A stretch of 64,000 nt of DNA from Octopus bimaculoides (taxonomy: Eukaryota). A program made the translations under genes and the position numbers. The notes below the pieces were generated by a model. The model searched no databases and had not been told where the DNA came from. It saw only the letters and a program-made list of their open reading frames with translations. Shown here piece after piece: positions 51,035 through 62,160 of this stretch. The stretch covers positions 105,205,378 to 105,269,377 of the forward strand of contig NC_068987.1 in assembly GCF_001194135.2 (NCBI RefSeq). The letters are read 5' to 3'. Numbering within the stretch: the stretch's first letter is position 1; every line of letters begins with the position of its first letter.

Positions 51035-52497
51035 GCAGCAACCATAAACGTTTTGTCCCATTACGAAGGCAATACCGGCGAGTTCGCATTCGTATGGATG
51101 GACGATTACTACATTGCCTTATGGTATCTTTGTTGTTAATCATAATTGCTGTCAGTATCTTCCAAGCAAGTGGAATGATTGGTGCCATTACTGCGCCCCC
51201 TGCCGAAGTCCTTAGTAGTTATAAAACATCCTCACTCTTTATTCTGTATTTGCTTCGTCTCATGACACTGATGCCTTTACCACTGACCCTTTTTAATTTT
51301 GCTGGAATTGTCTCATTCAACACTTTTCCCAGAAAACCAAAACTACGAGGATCTACTCTCTTTGGACCGTTTATTTGTTTTCGAGTGGTTACAAAAGGTC
51401 TGTTCCCTAAATTGGTTCGCAATAATGTTACCAAAAATCTGGAAGTGTGCAGTCAGCTTGGTTTTGATAATTTTGTTTTTGAAGTTGTGACGGATGAAGC
51501 AGTTCAACTCCCTAAACTACCTCGAGTTCGAGAACTTATTGTTCCTAATGAGTATCGAAGCTCCAAAGGTACTTTGTACAAGGCTCGTGCTTTGAATTAT
51601 TGCCTGGAAGAAGGAATTAATTATCTTAATGATAATGACTGGATTGTCCATCTGGATGAAGAAACACTCTTGACAGAATCCTCATTAGTTGGCATTATCA
51701 ACTTTATTAACGAAGGTAAACATGATTTTGGCCAAGGTGTAATCACTTATGCAGATGGAGAAATTGTCAATTGGTTAACAACACTTTCTGATGTTGTTCG
51801 AGTTGGAATGGATTATGGAATGTTGCGTTTTTGTCTCAAGTTTCTTCATAAACCTGTCTTCAGCTGGAAAGGATCTTTTATTGTCTCAAATGCAGGTGTT
51901 GAAAGAAAAATAACTTATGACTTTGGTCCAGATGGAAGCATTGCTGAAGACTGCTTTTTTGCAATGTCAGCTTGGCGAGATGGCCATACTTTTGGATTTG
52001 TTGAGGGAGATATGCACGAAAAAAGTACTTTTTCTCTTGTAGACTATATAAAACAACGCAAGAGATGGGTACAGGGTATTTTACTTGTTCTCTTCAGTCG
52101 TGTGTTACCATGGCGCTGCAAGATGGGTCTCTCTGTGATGATTCTCTCTTGGCTTACTTTACCATTTACTGTACCTAATATAATTTTAGTTGTTCTTTTC
52201 CCTTTACCAATGCCAGCAATAGTAAATGCCCTTTGTGGTTTTATTGGGGGTACTGTAGTGTTTCTATTTATTTTTGGAGCAATAAAGTCTTTCTCTTTAA
52301 GAAATATGGGGCGCTGTCAATATATTCTGTTATGTCTTGCTCCTATTTTGGTTGCTCCTCTCGCCATGATAATGGAAAGTATTAGTGTAATCTGGGCCAT
52401 TTTTGGTCATCAGAATCATGTCTTTGATGTAGTTAATAAAGAATGTAACAGTACTGCAAAAGACTTGGAATCTGCTGATCCTGTAGAAACTGTTTAA
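51035..52497 (+). CDS. egh: Beta-1,4-mannosyltransferase egghead/bre-3 homolog (GT2, multi-pass membrane), main coding exon
   Basis: 467-aa ORF from 51094, open back to the poly-T/cAG acceptor at 51034. Motifs FRVVTKG, YKARALNYCL, WIVHLDEETLL, GQGVITY, WKGSFIV, GSIAEDCFF, EKSTFS..QRKRWVQG (DxD-like, ED, QxxRW) and hydrophobic N- and C-terminal segments are characteristic of egh/BRE-3. Confidence 0.95.
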
Positions 52498-52551
52498 CAT
52501 TTAGACACAGAGTCAAGAACTATAAACAAAAAAAAAATTTAAAGACACTAT

Positions 52552-52572
52552 AATAAATTATGTAAAAATAAA
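52552..52572 (+). terminator. Proximal AATAAA polyadenylation signal candidates for egh
   Basis: AATAAA at 52552-52557 and 52567-52572. In AT-rich DNA these may be chance hits; distal AATAAA sites occur near 54.3 and 55.55 kb. Confidence 0.3.
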
Positions 52573-55500
52573 TATACAAATATTTTCTAATTTTTTTCTG
52601 TTAAAAAAAAAGAAAGAATCCAAAATTACCATACAATTAAAATTGCATGAAATCATATATTGGATACCACCATTACAGCTACATAATGTCTTGTTTATGA
52701 ATGTTTATAGTTAACCATCAAGTTTTTTAATCAGCTTTACATTTGTTTTTTTGTTTTGTTTTTAGTTAACTTAATTTGATGTTTTTTTATTTTATTCTTC
52801 AGTTTAATTGTCCTGCTCTCAAATATTCTGTCTTAATTAGATACTAGGTGAAAATAAAATTATATCTTATGTAAATTTGACCGATTCATCCTGAAATAAT
52901 GTAACTGAAGCAAAATGCCATATTTAGTTTGATGTTCCTTAAATGTTGCTGGTGATGTCATAATCTTTCAACTAAAAAAAAAGAAAAAAAAATTAACCTG
53001 ACCTTTTTAATGTTTCAGCAGTCTTTGGTAAAATTGATATCTGGAACTTGCTCTTTATTACATTTTTTTTATTATCTCTATATGTTATATATTTCTTAGA
53101 ATGGTTAGGTAAAATATATTAGAATTCACACACATTTGGGATTTAGATGAAAATTTCAGTTTTTGTTTACTATATTTAATTTTAATTTGATGGCAGTTTA
53201 AACTCTTAGTTTCAGTATTTTTTTTTAGCTAAATTTAAATTTAGCATTTAGCAATATGAATATTAGTTTTCTGGTAATGAATTTATTTAAAAGTTATTAA
53301 CAATGTCATTGAAATTATTGAAATGCTTTCTGTTTATGGTATTAATATGGGCAGAGTACTTAAACTTACATAAAATTTTACATTTCATTTCTTCTCATAC
53401 ATTTCGCTCTCTAATCTAACTTTTTGATTAAAGTATTTTAAGTTATTCATTTTATACGTATTTTTTTTCTAAGGATGTTTATTGCTCTTAGAATCAGATA
53501 TCAAATTACTTTATGCATTTACTAAAATATTTGAGATTAGCATGGCATTAGCAGCTAGGTAGTTATTTTAATTAACTTTACAGTTTAGTTGTCATAGGCA
53601 TAAAATTTTACTTAAACAATATATAAAACTATTTGAATTCTTTCATCACCACCTTTTATATTTTACTCATTTCTTTTGGACTGATATTTAAAATAAATCA
53701 TTAAAATATTTGTTTGTTTCAAGGCTGTCATATTAGAAAATAAAATTTAAAAAGAACTACCTCAAAACTTTTATCAAATATTGATCAGTCAGTCACATTT
53801 GTCAGTTTTTCAAAATACAATTAAGCAGCATAATATTCAAAATAGATACTGAATCATGTTAACTGAATGAGCAACTATTTCAAGTTGTCATTTCAGAAAA
53901 CCTGTTTATCTGTCACAAAACATTCGGTAGTTTTAATATATTAAGATTTTAAAATAGCCATTGTTATTGAAAATAATTTCTAAAAATAACTTAGCAGTTT
54001 TTGAGCTGATCAAACTTTATATGGTATGTGAATTTATCTGTTGTTAGCTGATTGTTCATTTTACATGTTCGGAGTGCTGATATTTAATAGAATTTTCTGG
54101 CTTCTGCTAGGGCACTGAATTGATGCATTCCAAAATAGTGTCTCATATTTCACATCTCTTTTCAATTCGTCCTTCCAGATTTTATAAAATATGTACTGGC
54201 TATATACTGGAGTCAAGCCACTACTACTATTGTTGTCTTACAGGAATTTCTACCAACAAAATTTATGTAACCTATATCTTCAGCAATATTTCCTGAAATA
54301 TTTCTGCTTTAAGATAAAGAGAAGAAATTGAAAAATAAACAATAAATGATATTAAAATAAAACTCAACATGAAACAGTAATATTAAATTTTGATTGTTAA
54401 ATAGTAGACAAGAATTGTAAATTTATATAGTTAATGACAGTCTAGGTTAAGAAGATAACTAATCTTACAGGAAATAAACTTGGATTGGATTTCTGTTCAG
54501 TATATCAGTCTCCTAATGCATCTCTGATTTTAATGGGATGGAGTGAATAAGATAAACCTTTATATGAATAATCTGCAAGTCTGTTGTAAACTTTCCCTCC
54601 AAGTAGCACTGAATTCAACACTGTACATTGATGTGGCACTCATCAACATTATATTGTGGCCATCATTTGCAGCTTTGAGTTAGTATCCCCATATAGTAGT
54701 TACAGCTCCGTGGACTTGGCTTTTGAGGCTTAAGTGTCTTGACCACAAATACAAACGGAAGTGCCTGTGACCTGATATAAACAACTAAGCTCTCTAGTCA
54801 TTGTTACCTTATAAATGTGATCAATTGTACTTTGGAAAGAGCATAATTAAATCATTGAACTATACAATGATGTACTTCTAAAAATATACAAGTATATATT
54901 GTTGGCATTAGAAAGGAATTCCAGCTGTAGAAACCATACTATAGTAGACATAGGAGCTTGAGGCTGTCCTATGGCTTGCTGGTTCCTGTCAAACTGTCTA
55001 ACCTATACCAGCATGGAAAACATACATAAAATGATGATGATAGTCAGTGATGTTGTTTGTGGTGGAAAGATGCAAAGTATGTAATAATTCTATGGCTATA
55101 GCATTTCAAATTTTAAATTACAATGCTTCATTTGGTCAATTTGGAAGTTGTTGACATTATATTTGTATTAATCAGGAAATAAGATACATTTTTTTTTTAA
55201 TATATATATATATTTTTCAGAAACAATAATGTCCCTATTTATCCTCCATCTCTCCTCCCCTTGCTCTCTCTCTTATGCACACACGTATTTTAGTTATAGT
55301 GTCACTCTTCAATTTGAAAACAAAATGTATTAATGAAAAACTTCAAAGATTCTCATTGAGAAATTGTGATTTCTTGAGGCCTTGATTGTAACTAATACAT
55401 TTCATAAGAGACAGTGAATATATATTTATCTTATACCCACTGCCACAAAACCCTGCAATAAGCTCATCTCATTCACACACGCACACACATGCAATGAAGA

Positions 55501-57287
55501 TAGAAAATCTGTGCATGGTTAGTTGTTTTTTATTGCCAGAAATTAAAAGGTTCAATAAAAAAAAAATTTTTTAATTAGTCAATATTTTTGTTATTCAGTG
55601 AATATTTAGTTGTTTTGAATAATTGAAGGTATCAAAATTATTGCCCTTTATTAAGGGTTTATTGTATAAATTATTTTTAAAATAGACACATTTTGTTTTA
55701 GTGGATTAATATGTTAGATAACGATTAGGCAAAACGTAATATTAATCTAATTTTAGATTATATCATAATTGCTATAGTATGAGTTAGAAATCATAAAATT
55801 TTAGCACCAATTCTATTTGAAAGCAATTACATATCGCCAATCTCTGTCTGTCTATCTTTGACAACCAGTATTTATATCATGATAATTAAACTTGAAATCA
55901 ATTCATGTCTACAGTTTTTGTGTTAAAAGTATCACGTTTATGTTGACATCAGATTATTTGTTTAATTTCCAAATCTACTGTATTTTATTTCAATTTACCA
56001 TTTCGCAAGTATAACTCCTCTTTCTCACCATACACACACCCACCCACTCTTGTTAAATTCAGTAATTTATTGGTTTCATTATTTCATATCCGCATTTTGT
56101 AAATTCCGCTTTAATCACTTCACAAAAAAAACCCATTTCAAACTAATCAGATGCACTCCCAAATTATCTTCCCCTATATGCAATTCTCTCCCTTGTCATA
56201 TTTGTCTGCGCTTTCCATTAAACAAACTTATTTTTTGCTTTTCAGAGAATTTTTTTAATCATTATTTAATTTGCTTAGCAATTACCTTATCAAAAAATAT
56301 ATAAAAAATTTACAATACATTATATATTTTCGAAATTAGGTTTCATTTCTGTGGCGATTGCTTTGAAAAAATATTTTTCATTAAAATATATGGATAATAT
56401 ATTCCCAATCTAAAAATTAGAATTTTTTTTTCTTCATAATTTACCAATTCCTCGTTATTAATAAAGGTCATTGTTTTTGTTAATAGCCTTTTTTTAATTA
56501 TTTTTATTATTGTCATTATCATTATTTTCAATTATTTATTATTTTGACAATCTTAAATCTGTTTTAACAATGCAGGGTTTTATTTTTAAAAATATGATTC
56601 TGCTTGACTCAAACTTGCCAGTTAAAAAAAAAAGTGAAAATATTCTGTCTGATATCGTGATATTACATTCCCATATTGTCAGTGGTTTGTTAATGTTGGA
56701 CTCATTAACATGAAAACATTTTTATAGATTGTATATGTTGAATTTTGTTCAGTCAAATAATAAAAATGATTTCCTGCAATTTTTAAAAATCTATGAAGTT
56801 TTATTATTATTATTGTTTCTATTGCTAAGGTGGCAAGCTGACCCGGTGTCAGTGCAATCAACTAGTTCCTGTCCTGCAAATTTCAGGCCTTCTGCCTAAA
56901 GAAGAAAGTATTGTTGTTTTTGTTGTTAAGGCAGCAGGCTGGCAGAAATGTTATTGTGCCACACAAAATGCCTAGTGGCATTTTTTTCAGCTTCTTTTTC
57001 TAATGAAGGGTAAAGATTAGCTTGCCCTTTGTCCTTTCAGAGTTGATGAAATAAGTGCCATTTGAGAAATAGATCAATGTTATTGACTAGGCTCCTCCTC
57101 ACAAAATTTCAGGCCTTGTGCCAATAGGAGAAAGAATTATTATTATTATTATTGTCATTGTTGTTGTTAAGGCAGCAAGTTAGCAGAATTGTTAGCACGA
57201 TGGACAAACTACTTTCCAACATTTCTTTTGGCTTTACATTCTGCTTTCAAATTCCACCAAGATTGACTTTGCCTTTTGGAGTCAAAT

Positions 57288-57676
57288 TGTTGTTGTTGGC
57301 ACTCCGTCGCTTACGACGTCGAGGGTTCCAGTTGATTCGATCAACGGAACAGCCTGCTCGTGAAATTAACGTGCAAGTGGCTGAGCACTCCACAGACACG
57401 TGTACCCTTAACGTAGTTCTCGGGGAGATTCAGCGTGACACAGTGTGACAAGGCTAGCCCTTCGAAATACAGGTACAACAGAAACAGGAAGTAAGAGTGA
57501 GAGAAAGTTGTGGTGAAAGAGTGCAGCAGGGTTCACCACCATCCTCTGCCGGAGCCCTGTGGAGCTTTCAGGTGTTTTCGCTCAATAAACACTCACAACG
57601 CCCGGTCTGGGAATTGAAACCGCAATCCTATGACCGCGAGTCCGCTGCCTTAACCACTGGGCCATTGCGCCTCCAC
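57288..57676 (-). mobile_element. tRNA-derived SINE family A1 inserted in a family B SINE
   Basis: Reverse complement of the 10375 element; 11-bp TSD TGGAGTCAAAT (57277-57287, 57677-57687). Confidence 0.92.
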
Positions 57677-57704
57677 TGGAGTCAAATAAGTACCAGGCAA
57701 ATAA

Positions 57705-59984
57705 CATTGGTCAACAACCAAGATGCTTCTGAGACCAGTGTAGCAATTTCCAACTAATTTTAGGTCACTGATAATGGATATCATGGTTAAAACTGTTAGC
57801 TCTACTTTTCAAGATACGCGTACATGTTACAACAGGTTCCAACAGGCTTGCAGCAATATGCTTCTTATGCACTCAGTCCTACTGCCCTTCAGTATTGTTC
57901 CAGCAGTCATAGGAGGTGATTATGCTGTGCAAAGTTTATATACTGAGGTGAAAGGGAAGTGATTTTCCTAGTCAAACATTTTTAAACTTATAATAAATAT
58001 TCATTGAGCAAGCTATTAATATGCATGTGAGGCATTTTATATTCATTTTATTTTTCTACTGAATGATATAAACACATCTGCTAAGGTGTCATGCTCTGTA
58101 TTATAATGATAGATTTATGAACGAATTTTCTGTTTATCTGCTAATTGTTTATTGTTTTCTTCTTTAAAATGCCTTGCACTTGTGTAAATAAGGCAGACAA
58201 CTTCTGCTACATTTGTTGTTAGATGACCTTTGCATCGCAGAAGCCCCGTATAACTGCTATGGTTAGAAAGGCATATCACCTATATTTTGGATGCAAGATT
58301 GATGACTGAGATAAGAAGTGGGCTCCTCACATGTGCTAATTGCCTTCAGCAATGGTTGAATAAGAAGAAGAAAGGAATGTCTTTTGTGGAGCTGATGACA
58401 TGGCAGGAGCCAACAGACCATACCAACAACTTTTATTTCTGCATGATACCTCCAGTAAAAAAGGGCTTGTCAAAGGAGAAAAAAAAAAAACAGAGTCCAC
58501 TGAATATCCAAACATTCCATTAGCTATTCACCCAGTTGTACGTGGAGAAGGTCTATAGGTCTATCTGTTCCTGATGCACCAACTTCGATATTCTTCAAGT
58601 CAGATGAAGTTAGTGGTGAGGAGGAAGCAGAGATGTATGACAGTGTTGGATTACAAAGTGACCCAAATTTTGATGAAACATCCTTCCTTAGACCACATCT
58701 CCTAACACAAGTGGAACTCCCTGACCTTGTCAAGGATCTATAACTACCTGAGAATAAGGCAAAGCTGCTAAGCTCTCGTCTTCAACAGTGGAATCTACTA
58801 ATAGCTGATGTGAAGATTTCAAAATTTCATGACTGTCAGCAATTCCTTCATAATGGGAAGTGATTTATTGGCCTGCAACAATATTAATGGTTTGATGGAA
58901 ACACTTGATATTGAATACAAACCCAGTCACTGAAGGCTGTTCATAGATTCATGAAACACTTGTCTGAAAGGTGTCTTGTTGCATAATGGCAATAGTGAAC
59001 CTTCAGTTCCTCTGGCCTATGCTGCAATGCATAAAATGTAGTGAACATCAATGGCAGCTCTGTGATGACTTAAAGTTTGTTGCTTTTGTGATGGGATTGC
59101 ACCAAGTACTGTTGCTTTCCGTGTGAATGGGACAGCCATGCAAGGGGTTCCCAGTCTATCAGGAGAGACTGACCACCTTGTCAATTATTGAAGCCTGGGA
59201 TGAAAAATGTTCAACATCCACCTCTCACTGAACCAAACAAAATTTTGCTACCACCACTACACATAAAACTGGGGCTCATGAAAAATTTTGTAAAAGCTAT
59301 GGACAAATCCGGTCAGGGATTCAAGTATTTAGCATCAAAATTCTCCTCCACTGAGTGATGCTAAGATAAAAGAGGGAGTCTTCATTGGTCCTCAGATTCG
59401 AGAGCTTCTTAAAGATGGTGACTTTGAATCAGCTCTTCATGAGGAGGAGAAAGATGCTTGGGAAGCATTCAAGTAAGTGGCGAAGGGATTTCTCGGATAT
59501 AGAAGGGAAGGAAACTCTGAAGAATTGGTGGAAAACCTCATCAAGACTTACAAGAACATGGGATGTAACATGTCACGTTAAATTAACGTTTTGGACTCAC
59601 ATTTAGACTTTTTCCCAGCGAACTGTGAAGCAGTTAGTGACGAACATGGTCAAGGGTTTCACCAAGATATTTCAGTCATGGACAAGCGATACCAGGGCAA
59701 ATTTAGCAAAATGATGCTTGCTGGACATTAGCATGAGATTATTCTTCAGCCCTCAATAAGCGTCAAGCAAAAAGGCAAAGAGTAGGTACAGACTAGAGCT
59801 TTAAGCATAATGACACATATTGTATGTTGTAATAAAGTAATCAAATATTACATGTCATGTATCTTTAAGCCTAGAGCTAATAAGCATTTTTCAAGGTGAT
59901 ATTTTGGATTCAAGACATGAAAATACATAAGAATTACCTAATCTCATTTAAGAAGCACAACTTTTCAAGATTTGTTGACCAGTA
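57705..59984 (+). mobile_element. Chapaev3-like (CMC superfamily) DNA transposon, full length but pseudogenised
   Basis: Termini CATTGGTCAACAA and TTGTTGACCAGTA (decayed CAC..GTG), 3-bp TAA TSD on both sides. Frames: CANCLQQWLN..WQEPTDHTNNFYFCMIPP; CDDLKFVA..KYCCFPCEWDS; LLPPLHIKLGLMKNFVKAMDKSGQGFKYL; FIGPQIRELLKD; SHLDFFPANCEAVSDEHGQGFHQDIS..RYQG. Superfamily assignment is from recall. Confidence 0.8.
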
Positions 59985-61245
59985 TAATCAACTCACCACT
60001 CCTTTCAAAAACTGCTGGCCCTGTGCCAAAATTTGAGACCATTATTATTATTATTATTATTTAAAAAAGTGGCGAGCTGGCAGAATCGTTAGCACACCGG
60101 GTGAAATGCTTAGCGATATTTCGGCCATCGCTATATTATGAGTTCAAATTCTGTCAAGGTTGAATTTGCCTTTCATCCATTCACATTTGATGAAATGAAT
60201 ACCACTTACACACTGGGAGTCAGTGTAATCGACTTGGTCCTCCCCTCAGATTTCTGGCCTTGTGCCTATAGCAGAAAGGGTTATTATTATTAAGGTGATG
60301 TGCTGGCAGAATTGTTAATGTGCCAGGCAAAATGCTTAGCAGTATTTCATACATCTTCACATTCTGTGTTCAAATCCCACCATGGTTGACTTTGCCTTTC
60401 ATCCTTTCGGGGTTGTTAAAATATGTACCAGTTGATCTCTGGGATCAAGGCAATCAACTTACTCACTTCCCTGAAATTGCTGGCCCTGTGACAAAATTTA
60501 AAATCATCATCATCATCATCATCATCATTATTATTATTTTTCTGATTAAGGTACAAACCCAGCAATTTTGAAGTGGGGTGTTTTGGGTGATACCAAATCA
60601 CCCCAGTATTTGAGCCGTATTCATTTTACCTATTCTGAAAAGATGGTCAGCTTTGTCTTTCATGATTTTGTGGTTGATAAAATAAATTACCAGTCAGGTA
60701 CTGGAAGCTGTGGTATCAACGAACCCGCTCCTCCTCTCAAAACTGCTGGCACTTCCACCAGATCAGAAGCCAGTATTACCATTATTATTAAGGTGATGAG
60801 CTGGCAGAATTGGTAACATGCTGGGAAGAATTGCCGAGGTCAACTTGATCTTTCGTCCTTTCCGGGTTGGTGAAATAAGAACCAGTCAAGTATGGGGGTT
60901 GATGTGGTTGACGGTCCCCCTCTGACAAAATTCCAAGTCTTCTGTCAATAGTGGAAAAGATTATTATATTCAAATACCACCAAGGTTGACTTAGCCTTTC
61001 ATCCTTCTGGGGGCAATATAATTGACTTACCCCCTCCCCATAAACTTATAATTATCCTGGCAGAATTGTTAGCATGCTGGACAAAATGCTTAGCAGTATT
61101 TCTTCTGTCTTCATGTTCTGAGCTCAAATTCTGCCAAGATTGGTTGACTTTGCCTTTCGTCCCTTTGCTTGACTAATCTATTAAAACAAAAGAAAGCCTT
61201 CTGAGGTCAATAAAATAAGGACCAGTTAAGAGCTTGAGGGTATTG
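59985..61245 (+). mobile_element. Cluster of tandem family B SINE units separated by (ATT)n/(ATC)n
   Basis: Unit starts (A)AGGTG..GCTGGCAGAAT near 60065, 60290, 60789 and 61057, plus a reversed fragment near 60570-60680. Confidence 0.75.
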
Positions 61246-61939
61246 TACAGATTATACAATTAATGCTTTTTAAATAAATATTTGTAACCGAACCCCACCT
61301 CAAATAAATACTTTAGTTTTCAGATTTCAAAGTTAACCAATACATAACTCTATGATTTCCCAACTGTGAAAGGGTTCTGTCCCCATTTGTAACACCTTTG
61401 GCAAGCGTCTATTATAGCCTCAAGCCAATACAAAGCCTTGTGAGTGAATTTAGTAGTGAAAACTGAAAGAAGACTCATATGTGTTTATCTATCTATTTAT
61501 ATATATGTATATGTATATAAATCTAAAAATACAGAATAAGAACATAACAGACAACAATAAAAACATACTGACAGATAGACGATACAGAGATGAACAGGAA
61601 AACATGGATGGAACATTCATGGCTTTCTTTCATCAGTCAAGCTTCTGATCATCATTACAGTTTTAGCCTGTTGCATTTGAGACTGTTCAAAATTGGTGGG
61701 CCCCAAAAATCTAAGCTAAAGGCATTAAATTTTTGGAAGAAAGCAAGCGAATATGTGTGACAACACAGACAAAAGGAAAAAAAAAACGAGAAAACAAAGA
61801 AAACGTTACACAATTACAAATACAAACAACAAAAACAGCAAAAGGTGTCTTTTGACTAATAAAGACAAGTCAAATTGAGTTGCCATGTAAAGTGGAAGCC
61901 TTAAAGCACAAACATAGATGAAAGTCAGGAGACAGGAAA

Positions 61940-62160
61940 ATAAGGTGTTGTGCAGGTGGTGGTCAAGCCAAGAAAGATCTTGCTTGGCAGAACACCAACC
62001 TATGACACAAGGTTCTATCAGTTTGGCAATGCAGGTAGTAAGACTGACTGGACGATAGTTGACACACGATGTGCGGTCACCCTTTTTGAACAGAATGACA
62101 CTGGCAATGTTCCACTGCACAGGAGTAGCACCATTGTTATGTCAGAGTTGAAAGAGTAGT
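61940..62160 (-). mobile_element. CR1/L2-type LINE RT N-terminal fragment
   Basis: QWNIASVILFKKGDRTSCVNYRPVSLTTCIAKLIE. Confidence 0.85.

Noticed and set aside
51219-51490. Short ORFs overlapping egh (51219-51434 minus, 51299-51490 plus)
   Set aside because: Shadow frames of a real CDS with no recognisable motifs.
61600-61645. Minus-strand CTGATGA (61636-61630) as a hammerhead
   Set aside because: No recognisable helix II, GAAA or NUH arrangement; at most an unrecognisably decayed copy.
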